Shown one piece after another: positions 1-10,466 of a stretch of 64,000 bases of DNA. This DNA is from Prochlorococcus sp. AG-442-M23 (lineage in GTDB: Bacteria; Cyanobacteriota; Cyanobacteriia; PCC-6307; Cyanobiaceae): contig QCPW01000007.1 in assembly GCA_003209655.1 (NCBI GenBank), positions 3,149 to 67,148 of the forward strand, given 5' to 3'. Position 1 is the first letter of the stretch. The number at the start of each line of letters is the position of its first letter. Position numbers and translations under genes: made by a program. The notes under the pieces were generated by a model. It had not been told where the DNA came from. It saw nothing but the letters and a program-made list of their open reading frames with translations, and did not search any database.

Positions 1-1272
1 ACTGGTGACTTAGGTGAATTACTTAATGGGTTTAACCGAATGGCTTCTCAACTAGAGAATTATGATGAAGCAAATATTGAAGAGCTTAAAGCTGCTCAGG
101 TAAAGCAACAGTCGCTTATAGCTACTATGGCTGATGGGGCTATTTTATTGGATTCGCAAGGTAAAATCGTTCTTACTAACCCCACAGCAAAAAGAATTTT
201 TCGTTGGGAGGGAAGGTTTTTAGAAGGAAGATATCTTTTAAATGAAATTCCTGAAATTTTATCTAATGACCTACACACAAATATAGAATCAATTTTAAAT
301 AGAGAGAAGGAAAGTGATGATTTAAGGTGCAGTTTAGGAGAGCCAGCAAGGACGCTCAGAATTGTTTTACAGTCTGTTTTAGATACAAATAAAATTGAAT
401 TAAAAGGAATAGCGGTAACAATACAAGATTTAACAAGAGAAGTCGAACTTAATGCAGCACAAAATAGATTTATAAGTAATGTTTCTCATGAACTAAGAAC
501 TCCACTTTTTAATATAAAGAGTTACGTAGAAACTTTGTATGATTTAAAAGATCAACTTTCTCATGAAGAACAACTTGAATTTTTGGGTATTGCAAATTCA
601 GAGACTGATAGATTAACAAGACTAGTAAATGATGTCCTTGATTTATCAAGATTGGAGTCAGGTAAAATAGTACAATTAGAGCCAATGGATATAAAGCCTG
701 CGATAGAACAAACATTAAGAAATTACAGACTTAATGCTACTGAAAAAAATGTTACATTGGCTCATGATATTGAGGAAAACATTCCATTAATTCTTGGGAA
801 TTTTGACTTACTTTTGCAAGTTTTTGATAATTTGCTGGGTAACGGTTTAAAATTTAGTCCCAAAAACAGCACTCTAAAAATTAGGGCTTACACTTGGCCT
901 GATTCATGTCCAGCCTTCCCACCTATCAACAATAAAGAAGTTCCTCACTGTGAATTAGTTTCGCCTTTACCCAAAGTGAGAATTGAAATTGCAGATACAG
1001 GTTCAGGTATATCCCAGCTTGATCAAGAGAAAATATTTGATCGTTTTTATAGAGTTGAAAATGCCGTTCACACTGAACAAGGTACTGGATTAGGTTTGTC
1101 AATTGTAAGAGGAATAATTGATAAACATGGAGGAGAAATTCGGATGGCTAGTGAAATAGGTGTCGGAACAACTTTTTGGTTTGATTTACCGCTAGAACAG
1201 TCTGACAAAGAGGAATTACTTACTCAAACTATTAGTAATATGGAAAACTTTTCTGATTCTCAAATTAAGTGA
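1..1272 (+). CDS. Two-component sensor histidine kinase; 5' end lies outside the window
   Basis: The frame is open from base 1 (TGDLGELLNGFNR, a HAMP-like tail) into track ORF 40..1272. PAS-like segment, H box VSHELRTPLF, N box DNLLGNGLKF, G boxes DTGSGI and GTGLGLSIV. Confidence 0.9.
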   Translation, partial: TGDLGELLNGFNRMASQLENYDEANIEELKAAQVKQQSLIATMADGAILLDSQGKIVLTNPTAKRIFRWEGRFLEGRYLLNEIPEILSNDLHTNIESILNREKESDDLRCSLGEPARTLRIVLQSVLDTNKIELKGIAVTIQDLTREVELNAAQNRFISNVSHELRTPLFNIKSYVETLYDLKDQLSHEEQLEFLGIANSETDRLTRLVNDVLDLSRLESGKIVQLEPMDIKPAIEQTLRNYRLNATEKNVTLAHDIEENIPLILGNFDLLLQVFDNLLGNGLKFSPKNSTLKIRAYTWPDSCPAFPPINNKEVPHCELVSPLPKVRIEIADTGSGISQLDQEKIFDRFYRVENAVHTEQGTGLGLSIVRGIIDKHGGEIRMASEIGVGTTFWFDLPLEQSDKEELLTQTISNMENFSDSQIK

Positions 1273-1278
1273 ATTAAT

Positions 1279-2808
1279 CTAATTTTTATCAATTCCTTTG
1301 AAAACATTTTGAATATTCTGATCGGGAATAATTCTATGAGGAGCGCCACTAAATATTTGCTCAAAATTAGAAAATGAATCCTTTATTTCAGGCCCTTGGC
1401 TGGTGATTATAAATTCTCTTATTCTTTTATCATGCCATGAACCTCTCATTTTAAATACATTTAAGGCTCTAGCCATCTCCCCTTTAATTTCGACGTATTG
1501 AAGTAATAATATGGTATCAGTTATTGTTGAGATATGAGAGTCGGTAATAGAATGACTTCCCATAAATTCTTCAGCAGTATTAGTGAAAAAACCTGCTATC
1601 TCTTCCTGTTTTGAATATCCAGTAACTCCAATTACAAACTGTCTAAAAGCATTCAAACTTACACCTCTTGCAAGTGCCGAGAGAGAATCAATCGCCATTC
1701 TTTTTGGCTTAAATTGATTTATTTGAGTTTTTATAATCTGTAAGTGATCTTCTAAACCAGTTGATTCAGGGTATGCACAAATAATTTTTAACAAACCATC
1801 ACTTTCCATTTTTTCAAAATCTATTCCCCAACTCGTTGCATTTCTAAGTAGTTGAGCTCTAGATTCTTCATAAGCAAAGAGAATTGCTCTTTCATTATGG
1901 TTGTAGGCATCTTCAATAAATTTAGATACAAGCATTGTTTTACCTGTACCAGTGGCACCAGTTGCCAGAATTATTGAATCCTGAAAATAACCACCTCCAC
2001 ACATTTCATCAAGATCATTTACTCCTGAACTTATTCTGATGTTTGAGGATCTTTGAGTTAATCTCATAGCTCCCAAAGCAAAAACACTTATTCCATCATT
2101 TCCCATTGTGAATGGGAATTCTCCTTTCATATGAACTGTTCCTCTCAGCTTTAAGACTTCTAAAGTTCTTCTTCTCTTCTCCGATTCAAGAACATTTCTT
2201 AATAAAACGACATTATCAGATACGAACTCCTCAACTCCATAACGAGCTATAGGTCCATAATCTTCTACCCTTTCAGTAGTCATAACAGTAGTTACCCCTA
2301 TTTCTTTTAATCTTGCGATAAGTCTGAAAATCTCTCTTCTGACAACATATATAGCATCATATTGCTGGAAAACAGCGGTTATCGAGTCTATCGCCACTCT
2401 CTTTGCTTTATATTTTCTTATTGCATAACTAATCCTTTCAATCAAACCTGAAAGATCAAAACTACCCGCAACATCCTGTCCATCAGGATCAGGTGATGCG
2501 TCCAAGATAAAAAGTTTATTTTGATCAATTAGATTCTGTAAATCCCATCCAAAGCTCGCTGCATTCCTAATTATATCCAAAGGTGATTCTTCAAAGGTAA
2601 TAAAAATTCCTGGTTCATCAAAATTGCAAATTCCATGATGTAAATATTGAAGAGAAAAAACAGTTTTTCCTGTTCCAGATGTTCCGCTAACAAGTGTGCT
2701 TCTAGCAGCTGGTAAACCGCCTCTACAAACATCATCGAAACCTTCTATTCCAGTAGGTAATTTCTGGACTTGCATTTTAATTGAATTACTAATTTTTTTA
2801 TCTTTCAT
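1279..2808 (-). CDS. kaiC: Circadian clock protein KaiC
   Basis: 509 aa with two RecA-like halves, each carrying a Walker A (GTSGTGKT and GATGTGKT). Lies directly downstream of kaiB on the same strand. Confidence 0.97.
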   Translation of the reverse strand: MKDKKISNSIKMQVQKLPTGIEGFDDVCRGGLPAARSTLVSGTSGTGKTVFSLQYLHHGICNFDEPGIFITFEESPLDIIRNAASFGWDLQNLIDQNKLFILDASPDPDGQDVAGSFDLSGLIERISYAIRKYKAKRVAIDSITAVFQQYDAIYVVRREIFRLIARLKEIGVTTVMTTERVEDYGPIARYGVEEFVSDNVVLLRNVLESEKRRRTLEVLKLRGTVHMKGEFPFTMGNDGISVFALGAMRLTQRSSNIRISSGVNDLDEMCGGGYFQDSIILATGATGTGKTMLVSKFIEDAYNHNERAILFAYEESRAQLLRNATSWGIDFEKMESDGLLKIICAYPESTGLEDHLQIIKTQINQFKPKRMAIDSLSALARGVSLNAFRQFVIGVTGYSKQEEIAGFFTNTAEEFMGSHSITDSHISTITDTILLLQYVEIKGEMARALNVFKMRGSWHDKRIREFIITSQGPEIKDSFSNFEQIFSGAPHRIIPDQNIQNVFKGIDKN

Positions 2809-2876
2809 AGATGTTTGTTCTAAAGTAATTATTCTTAAATTTAAGTATTAATATTCACTTTAAATTATAAAAGGTT

Positions 2877-3203
2877 TTATTTATTATTTTTACCTCCACT
2901 ATATTCACTCTCTGATAATTCATCAAAAAGCAAATCTAAACCAATTAGAACCTTTTCTCTATCAGAGAGATCCCCAATTATTCTTCTGACAGGCGGAGGT
3001 AAAATTTTAGCTAGAGTTGGCGTAGCCAATATCTTATCTTCTTCTGCGAGTTGTGGTTGTTTAAGAACATCTATTACTTTTAAGGCATAAACTCCCTTAA
3101 ATTCGTTTTCCAGAATTTCTTTAAGGGTATTAAGAGCTCTCATTGAGTTAGGAGTATTACCTGCTACGTAAAGTTTTAAAATATATGTTTTTCTTACTGC
3201 CAT
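2877..3203 (-). CDS. kaiB: Circadian clock protein KaiB
   Basis: [28 protein letters not shown] is the canonical KaiB N-terminus. The track ORF extends to 3218, but the second Met (MAVRKTY) fits the family start. Confidence 0.92.
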   Translation of the reverse strand: MAVRKTYILKLYVAGNTPNSMRALNTLKEILENEFKGVYALKVIDVLKQPQLAEEDKILATPTLAKILPPPVRRIIGDLSDREKVLIGLDLLFDELSESEYSGGKNNK

Positions 3204-3348
3204 TTGTTGATACCTCAAACTTTATAAAAGATTTTAATAATAAACCTTGACTTATTACACTATAAAATAAGAAAATAAAAAAACCTTTATGACTGCTTCT
3301 CGGGCTGAATCAAATTTATACATTTGAGCCTGGGTGCGTCTTTGAAAT

Positions 3349-3789
3349 ATGACTTCTTCAAAAAAACCTTCAGATAAAGCTTTAGAAAGTAATAATTTAT
3401 ACGCAATAGCTGAGACTTCAGGTCAACAGTTCTGGTTTGAAATTGATAAATACTATGATATTGATAGATTAAACGCTAAAGAAAAAGATAAAATAACGAT
3501 TGATAAAATTCTATTAATAAAAGACAAAGAGAATGTTTCCATAGGGAAGCCCTACATAAAAAATGCAAAAATTGAACTAGAAGTCATTTCACATAGAAGA
3601 GATAAGAAAATAATCGTATATAAAATGCGTCCTAAAAAGAAGACGCGTAAAAAAATGGGGCATAGGCAAGAACTCACAAGAGTTATGGTAAAATCAATAT
3701 CAATATCCAACAGTACTCCTAAAACATCTTCAAAAACTGAAGTTAAAAAAAAGAGTGCTAGCCCAAAAAAACTTAATTCTGAAAACTAA
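3349..3789 (+). CDS. rplU: 50S ribosomal protein L21 with a Lys/Ser-rich C-terminal tail
   Basis: YAIAETSGQQFWFE and KMRPKKKTRKKMGHRQ motifs. Immediately upstream of rpmA, the conserved rplU-rpmA pair. Confidence 0.88.
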   Translation: MTSSKKPSDKALESNNLYAIAETSGQQFWFEIDKYYDIDRLNAKEKDKITIDKILLIKDKENVSIGKPYIKNAKIELEVISHRRDKKIIVYKMRPKKKTRKKMGHRQELTRVMVKSISISNSTPKTSSKTEVKKKSASPKKLNSEN

Positions 3790-3798
3790 TTTTTACTA

Positions 3799-4059
3799 AT
3801 GGCTCATAAAAAAGGTACAGGATCAACCAGAAATGGAAGAGATTCAAATTCAAAAAGGCTTGGTGTTAAAGCCTACGGAGGAGAAAAAGTATCAGCAGGA
3901 TCTATCATAATTCGTCAAAGAGGTACTTCTTTTTTGCCAGGGATCAACGTTGGCATAGGTAAGGATGATACACTTTTCGCCCTAAAAGAAGGTACTGTTA
4001 GCTTTGACAGTATCAAAAGGAATTTAAAAAACAGAAAAAGAGTCAATATAGTTGTTTAA
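3799..4059 (+). CDS. rpmA: 50S ribosomal protein L27
   Basis: [25 protein letters not shown]-terminus; 86 aa. Confidence 0.96.
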   Translation: MAHKKGTGSTRNGRDSNSKRLGVKAYGGEKVSAGSIIIRQRGTSFLPGINVGIGKDDTLFALKEGTVSFDSIKRNLKNRKRVNIVV

Positions 4060-4793
4060 ATTTTTTTATAAGATCTTGTAGTGATTAGGATCGGATGAAA
4101 AACTTCAAGAAATTTTGATTGAAGAGTGTTAAAAAATTCTTCAACAGTTTCTAAGTCGTCGATATGGAAGGGATATTCATTTTTTTCACCTTTATAAAAG
4201 TACCAATTAAACAAACCAATTGAGTCAGGGCCCATAATTTTATGAAAAGCATCAAGCTGAAAAGCTGGATCAGATAAATGCTCTAATACATCAAGGCATA
4301 CGATTGTATCAAAACTTGATACTGCAGTTTCCTGAATTGTTTTGCAAAAAGTGAGTTTTTTACCCAATCCAAGTTTATTAGCCCTATATTCAACAAACTC
4401 TCTATTAGTTTGATTAATGTCAACAAAAAAAACATGCTCTACCTCAGGTGACATAGCATTAGCCAAGGCATGTGTACCAATACCTCCACCAAAATCTAGG
4501 ACCAAATTTCTTGCAAATCTCTGCTGAAGTTTTAATGTATCAGCAATATAAACCTTACTTGAGATATGCCAGGCAGCTAAATCAGCCAAATGTTTATCTC
4601 CAACAATTTCTTTATAAAAATCTGAAGCCTCACTTAAACTATTTCCTGGATGAAGATTAGCTAAATCCATCTTTGCATTCACGAGAAACCCATCTAATTC
4701 AGACTCCTCAATTGACAAAAATTCCATTAAATGAAATTTCAAATCAAACGCATGATTTATAAATTCTTTTAGTATAAAATTATCTTTTTTCAA
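4056..4793 (-). CDS. Class I SAM-dependent methyltransferase
   Basis: Motif [10 protein letters not shown], followed by acidic post-I and VCLDVLEHL motifs; 245 aa. Confidence 0.7.
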   Translation of the reverse strand: MKKDNFILKEFINHAFDLKFHLMEFLSIEESELDGFLVNAKMDLANLHPGNSLSEASDFYKEIVGDKHLADLAAWHISSKVYIADTLKLQQRFARNLVLDFGGGIGTHALANAMSPEVEHVFFVDINQTNREFVEYRANKLGLGKKLTFCKTIQETAVSSFDTIVCLDVLEHLSDPAFQLDAFHKIMGPDSIGLFNWYFYKGEKNEYPFHIDDLETVEEFFNTLQSKFLEVFHPILITTRSYKKI

Positions 4794-4869
4794 TTTCTTA
4801 CTTAAATAATTCCATGTTAAAAATAATAAAATAGTTAGAAATAGTTCTCATAGTAATCTTAATATTAAA

Positions 4870-5787
4870 ATGAAAATTAAGGATGGATTCATAGCAATAA
4901 ATAAAGAGAAAGGATGTACCTCTCATGACTGCGTTAAACAAATTAGAAAATTATTTAAAACCAAAAAAGTTGGTCATACTGGCACTTTAGATCCCCAGGT
5001 AACAGGCACTTTACCTATAGCAATAGGAAGTGCTACCAAATTTATTCAATATTTGCCCCAAGACAAAACCTATATTGGACAAATTCAATTAGGTATAAGA
5101 ACAAAAACTGATGATATGCAAGGCGAAATCCTCAATACAAAAGAGTGGCCTATTTTGAGCGAGAAGGAATTAAATAAATATTTAAATAACTTCAGAGGGA
5201 TCATTCAACAAATCCCTCCGAAAGTATCAAGCGTCCATGTTAATGGAGAAAGAGCATACAAAAAATCATTGAAGGGTGAGGAATTTGAATTACAACCAAG
5301 AGAAGTAAAAATAGAAGAATTAGTTCTAGAAAAATGGGATCAAGTAAGTGGAATATTAGAAATAAAAGTTTCATGTACCTCAGGAACTTATATAAGATCT
5401 ATTGCTAGAGATTTGGGTCAAATTTTAGATTCTGAAGGTTGCTTATTGAACCTAAAAAGGATTTCCGCTTGTGGATTTCATGAGGAAAATTCTGTAAAGA
5501 TATCTGAGATAAGTAATCTTAATGACAAAAATTATTCCTTTATTATTCCTACAATTTCTGCTCTTGATCATATTTCAACACTTGTTTTAACTGATCAGAA
5601 AGAAATTAACTTTTGGAAAACTGGAAGAGAAATTAAGTTTGATAAAAAAAACTTTATTAAAAGCTGCTCATTTGATTACAAAAAACCAATAAAAATTATT
5701 GATAATAAAGAAATACTTTTAGGAATTGGTTTTGTTAATGAAGAGGAAGCTACTTTACATCCTAAATTAGTTCTTAATGCAAAATAA
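4870..5787 (+). CDS. truB: tRNA pseudouridine-55 synthase
   Basis: [10 protein letters not shown] catalytic Asp motif; length and order typical of TruB. Confidence 0.9.
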   Translation: MKIKDGFIAINKEKGCTSHDCVKQIRKLFKTKKVGHTGTLDPQVTGTLPIAIGSATKFIQYLPQDKTYIGQIQLGIRTKTDDMQGEILNTKEWPILSEKELNKYLNNFRGIIQQIPPKVSSVHVNGERAYKKSLKGEEFELQPREVKIEELVLEKWDQVSGILEIKVSCTSGTYIRSIARDLGQILDSEGCLLNLKRISACGFHEENSVKISEISNLNDKNYSFIIPTISALDHISTLVLTDQKEINFWKTGREIKFDKKNFIKSCSFDYKKPIKIIDNKEILLGIGFVNEEEATLHPKLVLNAK

Positions 5788-5790
5788 GAT

Positions 5791-6984
5791 TTATAAGAAA
5801 TTTTTGTTAAATGGTTTAATTCTTACGCCCTTATAAAAATGTTTTAAGATTCTTTCTGCTTTTATACCTTTGGAGGCCATATATCTTGCGCCCCATTGAC
5901 TCATACCTACACCATGGCCAGACCCTTTACCAAAAACTATTAAAATTCTTTCTTTAGAAATATTGGAATTAATATTATCAGAAATAATTGTTTTGTCTTC
6001 AATAAATTTAAATCGCATAAAATTACTTTTAAGATTAAGTCTTTTTCTAAGATCAACCCCTGACATTTGATTAGAACCGTAATTACCAAAAAGTTTTACA
6101 TTTTTTACTCTTCCTGTATTAGTTATATTTAAAATCTCAATTTTGTTTATTCCACCAATTTTAGGGAACAAGCTTTCCAATTCTTTGTTCGAGAATTTTT
6201 TCTGCCATCTCAGTTTTGGATTATTTTTATCAAAATCTTTAACACTAGATAAGTAAGGATATTCATTCTTCCAGACATCTTTACTATTTTCTGTCATACC
6301 TCCTGAACTACTGTGAAATAAGGCATTAATCAATTTATCTTTATATGTCAAGACTAATGACCTCGTACTTCTTACTGCTCTTGTAGTTTTATAAGTTCTT
6401 GATTCCAAACCATTATAAACTTGATTTTTCTGAGTGGAATCAATGTCATAAAATGAATTCCCTTTCTGTTTTAAGGCATAAGTCCTTGAGGCAATAGCTT
6501 GAGCTTTTAATGCCTCTAAAGGCCATTTAGTTGGCATCTCTGAGCCAACCACACTACTTAGATACTTCTCAATCCCAAGGATATTAATCACTAACATCTC
6601 AGAATCAAGAACTAATAGATTTAATATCCCTGAATATCTTTTCTGACCAACCCAAATACCCCTTCCATCAGAGGATTTAACAATGATTCTTGCTTTATTT
6701 TTCAACTCATAGATATTTTGTTTATTTTTATCAAAAAATAACGTGGTGCCATTTCTTTCCTTTTTTAAAGTCAAACCTTTAATTTTTTTATTTGAGAATT
6801 TTTGTCCTTTAATAACTAGTGGAATTGAGCTATCAGATCTGATTCTTAAATTTTTATTTTTTGATATTAAAACCCTAATTACTGGCTCTCTAGAGGCGGA
6901 TAAAGATTGATCCTGAAAAACGCTGAAACATACAACACTTATTAAACATAATTTATGAGAGATTTTTATAATTTTAAGAATCAC
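5791..6984 (-). CDS. SpoIID/LytB-domain protein (secreted amidase enhancer-like)
   Basis: N-terminal signal-like helix, FHSSSGGMTE and GHGVGMSQWGA motifs. Confidence 0.8.
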   Translation of the reverse strand: MILKIIKISHKLCLISVVCFSVFQDQSLSASREPVIRVLISKNKNLRIRSDSSIPLVIKGQKFSNKKIKGLTLKKERNGTTLFFDKNKQNIYELKNKARIIVKSSDGRGIWVGQKRYSGILNLLVLDSEMLVINILGIEKYLSSVVGSEMPTKWPLEALKAQAIASRTYALKQKGNSFYDIDSTQKNQVYNGLESRTYKTTRAVRSTRSLVLTYKDKLINALFHSSSGGMTENSKDVWKNEYPYLSSVKDFDKNNPKLRWQKKFSNKELESLFPKIGGINKIEILNITNTGRVKNVKLFGNYGSNQMSGVDLRKRLNLKSNFMRFKFIEDKTIISDNINSNISKERILIVFGKGSGHGVGMSQWGARYMASKGIKAERILKHFYKGVRIKPFNKNFL

Positions 6985-7072
6985 TTTGTTTTAAAAACAA
7001 ATTTTGTATTTGCCTTAGTTTGACTAAAAGTCTAGATTTAATCTAGATATCAAAACAAAAATATTATAATAA

Positions 7073-8011
7073 GTGAACATCACTTTTTTAGGAACAAGCT
7101 CAGGAGTTCCAACTTTAACTAGAAATGTCTCTTCCTTAGCCCTGAAATTATCTCAAACTGCTGAAGTATGGCTTTTTGACTGCGGAGAAGGCACGCAGCA
7201 TCAAATAATGAAGAGTAATATAAAATCCTCACAAATTAAGAAAATATTTATTACTCATATGCATGGTGATCATATATATGGCTTACCAGGTCTTTTAGCT
7301 ACATTAGGATTATCTGGAAATAGCAATGGAATTGAAATATATGGTCCTTCAGAGTTAAAAAGCTTTGTAACTTCTGCACTTCAAAACAGCTTTTGCAAGT
7401 TGGCATTTCCTTTACATTTTGTAGAAGTTGAAGATTTCGCCGCATTTAATAAAATTTTATTTGAAAACGAAAAATTAGAAGTTCAATGTGGCTGTCTCAA
7501 ACATAGACTACCAGCTTACGGTTATCGTGTAAGCGAAAAAGATAAGCCAGGAATATTCGATATCAAAAAAGCAGAAGATTTAAATATTCCAGCAGGACCC
7601 ATATATTCAGAATTACAAGCAGGTAAAACAGTTAAATTGAAAGATGGGAGATCTTTTAATGGAAAAGATTTTTGTGGTCCTCCTCGCAAAGGTAAAAGTT
7701 TCGTTTACTGTACTGATACAGTCTTTAGCGAGTCGGCAGTTGACTTATCCAAAAATGCTGATTTACTGGTCCATGAATCTACATTTTCAAAAGAAGATGA
7801 AAAAATGGCTTACGAAAAATTACATTCGACAACAATTATGGCTGCAAAAACTGCACTTTTGTCCAACGCAAAAAAGCTAATTATCACACATTTCAGTCCT
7901 AGATATACTCAAAAAAGTTCAATCAAGCCAAGTGATTTGCTGAAAGAAGCTCAAAAAATTTTTCCTAATACTTTTCTTGCAAAAGATTTTTTAACCCTAG
8001 AAATTAAATAA
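7073..8011 (+). CDS. rnz: Ribonuclease Z (metallo-beta-lactamase fold)
   Basis: [11 protein letters not shown] start and HMHGDH zinc motif; 312 aa; GTG start in the track. Confidence 0.9.
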   Translation: MNITFLGTSSGVPTLTRNVSSLALKLSQTAEVWLFDCGEGTQHQIMKSNIKSSQIKKIFITHMHGDHIYGLPGLLATLGLSGNSNGIEIYGPSELKSFVTSALQNSFCKLAFPLHFVEVEDFAAFNKILFENEKLEVQCGCLKHRLPAYGYRVSEKDKPGIFDIKKAEDLNIPAGPIYSELQAGKTVKLKDGRSFNGKDFCGPPRKGKSFVYCTDTVFSESAVDLSKNADLLVHESTFSKEDEKMAYEKLHSTTIMAAKTALLSNAKKLIITHFSPRYTQKSSIKPSDLLKEAQKIFPNTFLAKDFLTLEIK

Positions 8012-8070
8012 ACTGCAACAGTTCGTGAGCAGTAGGGTTGTAAATGACCAACCCATGAAATAATAGTCAT

Positions 8071-8649
8071 ATGGTTTTTTTTAATTTGATGTCGATCGAA
8101 ATGGTTTCTATTTTTTCATCACTGAACAAGTCTTTCAAAAGACTTCTTATTTTTCTTCCATTGATTATTGGTTTACTTTTTAATCCAATATCTGCGAATG
8201 CACTTTATCCAAGTGATCCTTCATCTGTAGATGGATTGAAAGAAGATCTTCATGGTGCTGATCTTCAAAATAATGAATTTGTAAAATATGATTTATCTAA
8301 TCAAGATTTAGGCGAAGCCAATCTTCAAGGCGCTTATATGAGCGTAACAACTGCCAAGAACTCTAGTTTCAAAGGCGCCAATATGAAAGATCTTATTGCA
8401 TATGCTGTACGTTTTGATAATGCTGATTTATCAGATGCAAATCTTACAAATGGAGAGCTAATGAAAAGTGTTTTTAATGGTGCAACTATAGATGGAACAG
8501 ACTTTACTGACGCGAATCTTGATCTTTCTGAGAGGAAATCATTATGTGAGAGAGCAACAGGTACTAATTCAAAAACTGGCGTGGATACAGTTGACAGTCT
8601 TGAATGCTCAGGTTTAAAAGGTTATATGCCTCCAAAACCAAAAGCTTAA
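8071..8649 (+). CDS. Pentapeptide-repeat protein with an N-terminal signal/anchor
   Basis: Runs of A(D/N)LxG-type pentapeptides (GADLQNNEF, GEANLQGAY, NADLSDANLTNG, TDFTDANLD). The exact start among several Met codons is uncertain. Confidence 0.8.
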   Translation: MVFFNLMSIEMVSIFSSLNKSFKRLLIFLPLIIGLLFNPISANALYPSDPSSVDGLKEDLHGADLQNNEFVKYDLSNQDLGEANLQGAYMSVTTAKNSSFKGANMKDLIAYAVRFDNADLSDANLTNGELMKSVFNGATIDGTDFTDANLDLSERKSLCERATGTNSKTGVDTVDSLECSGLKGYMPPKPKA

Positions 8650-8657
8650 AAAATACT

Positions 8658-9023
8658 TTATATACTTTCTGGCAAAACATTACCAGGTTCTTTTGATCCT
8701 GGTTTTTTGCTATACCACCATTCTTGGATTTCTGAAGAAAACTTCTTAGAGAATAGAGTGATTACCGTTTCAACAGGTTTTGATCCTGGTTCTAAAATTT
8801 GAACCGAATATGATGGACTTTTCCTTGAGGCCATATCTGCTACAAATCTAGCTCCTATCCTTCTCCAACTTGGCTCTTTGCTTCGCCAGGCAATCCTAGA
8901 ACAAGGCCAAGGTAACTCTTCCCTGTCATATAGCCTGCAACATGGACCAATCACTTTGTAGCTGAATTGGCCACCATAACTGGAATGAATTGCACCGCTT
9001 TTAAATAATTCAAATTTATTCAT
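8658..9023 (-). CDS. Hypothetical protein (Trp/Arg/Pro-rich, non-AT-biased composition)
   Basis: 121-aa ORF that fills the gap between flanking genes. Its composition is unlike a shadow ORF. No motif recognised. Confidence 0.5.
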   Translation of the reverse strand: MNKFELFKSGAIHSSYGGQFSYKVIGPCCRLYDREELPWPCSRIAWRSKEPSWRRIGARFVADMASRKSPSYSVQILEPGSKPVETVITLFSKKFSSEIQEWWYSKKPGSKEPGNVLPESI

Positions 9024-9030
9024 TTATCGC

Positions 9031-9061
9031 AAAAAAAATGCCACCTCCTATGAGAATGGCA
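9031..9061 (-). terminator. Rho-independent terminator downstream of petF
   Basis: On the minus strand: TGCCA, 13-nt loop, TGGCA, followed by T8. Confidence 0.6.
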
Positions 9062-9104
9062 GAAAAATTTTAATAAAACAACTAACTAGCGTTATTTTTT
9101 ATAA

Positions 9105-9404
9105 TTAATAAAGCTCTTCTTCAGCATGGGTAGTAATTGTCACATCTGAAGATGGATAAGCTACACAGGTTAGAACGAATCCAGCTTCAAGTTGATCATC
9201 ATCTAAAAAACTTTGGTCTGATTGATCCACAGTACCTGATGTGATTTTGCCTGCACAAGTAGAACATGCTCCAGCTCTGCAAGAATAAGGGAGGTCAACA
9301 CCCTGTTCCTCAGCAGCATCTAGAATGTACTGATCATCAGGCACTTCAATAGTAGAATTGAGACCTTCACTTTCGCTGATAAGTGTAACTTTGTAAGAAG
9401 CCAT
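9105..9404 (-). CDS. petF: Plant-type [2Fe-2S] ferredoxin
   Basis: 99 aa; [12 protein letters not shown]...LTC cysteine ligand pattern; ASYKVTL start. Confidence 0.96.
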   Translation of the reverse strand: MASYKVTLISESEGLNSTIEVPDDQYILDAAEEQGVDLPYSCRAGACSTCAGKITSGTVDQSDQSFLDDDQLEAGFVLTCVAYPSSDVTITTHAEEELY

Positions 9405-9547
9405 TTAAATAAAAAATTGATGGTAAAAATTTACCTTTAATACTTTTTTAACATTGTTTGCAAGCATTTGTGTGTATTAATGGTAGAAAATGAAACAATG
9501 AAATGTAAAAAGAAGGTTAGATTAGAAAAACTTATCTATTTATAAGA

Positions 9548-10450
9548 TTAGCTGATTTTTTGTGCTGTAATGCACACCCAATCTTTCATAGAAGATACAT
9601 CATTTATTTGAAAATTACTAGCATTCAATAAATTAAAAATTTCAACTTTTTGTGAATTCAAAATTCCGCTTAAAATTACTTCTCCATCTTTTTTTAGGCA
9701 GTTACTTATTTCCGGAATTATACCTTTTATAACTTCTGCAAGAATATTACAAAAAATAAAATCAAAATTCTTCAAAGAATATTTTGAAACCAACTCATCA
9801 AAAGGTCCTAGATATGTCTTTAAATCATCTAGATTGCCGAAATTTAGACGAAAATTAGACTTAGTCGAATTTATTGCTAAATAATCATTATCAATAGCAT
9901 AAACCTCACTTGCACCAAAACATTTAGCTGCAACACTTAAGATTCCACTCCCTGAGCCTATATCTAAAATTTTATTACGAGATAAAGCAATTTTTTCTAT
10001 TTTTTCTAAGCAAAGAGTTGTCGTGGGATGGCTTCCAGTCCCGAATGCTGCTCCAGGATCTATTTTTATAACTTTCCTATTTTTATATTCCTTTGGCAAC
10101 TCTAACCAACAAGGTAATACAAGTAAATTATCCCCAAAAAGTTCTGGTCCCCAATATTTTTTCCAACTTGATACCCAATCTTCCTGCTCAACAACATTCC
10201 ACTCAAAATAATTAGTTTGATAATTGTTTTTATCTAAAAGCTCTTTAATATTTCTCTCAAGTTGTATTCTTACATTTTTTGGCCAATTTAAAGTTGGAAG
10301 CCAAATTATTACTTTTTTATTGTTTTTATTATTTAATAAATATTCGAATGCAAAACTAAAAATACCTAATTCATTTAATTTCCAAATAATAATTTCTTCT
10401 AGATTAGTTTCTATTTCAAAAGTAAATTTATACCAATTATTTATTTCCAT
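9548..10450 (-). CDS. prmA: Ribosomal protein L11 methyltransferase
   Basis: [15 protein letters not shown] and [11 protein letters not shown] motifs; 300 aa. Confidence 0.87.
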   Translation of the reverse strand: MEINNWYKFTFEIETNLEEIIIWKLNELGIFSFAFEYLLNNKNNKKVIIWLPTLNWPKNVRIQLERNIKELLDKNNYQTNYFEWNVVEQEDWVSSWKKYWGPELFGDNLLVLPCWLELPKEYKNRKVIKIDPGAAFGTGSHPTTTLCLEKIEKIALSRNKILDIGSGSGILSVAAKCFGASEVYAIDNDYLAINSTKSNFRLNFGNLDDLKTYLGPFDELVSKYSLKNFDFIFCNILAEVIKGIIPEISNCLKKDGEVILSGILNSQKVEIFNLLNASNFQINDVSSMKDWVCITAQKIS

Positions 10451-10466
10451 TCAATACTCTTATTAC

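Noticed and set aside
3219-3348. Possible ribosomal-protein leader structure upstream of rplU (CGGGCT...AGCCTG hairpin)
   Set aside because: It is a single 6-bp stem with a wobble pair and a 20-nt loop, and I could not check conservation. That is too weak to call.
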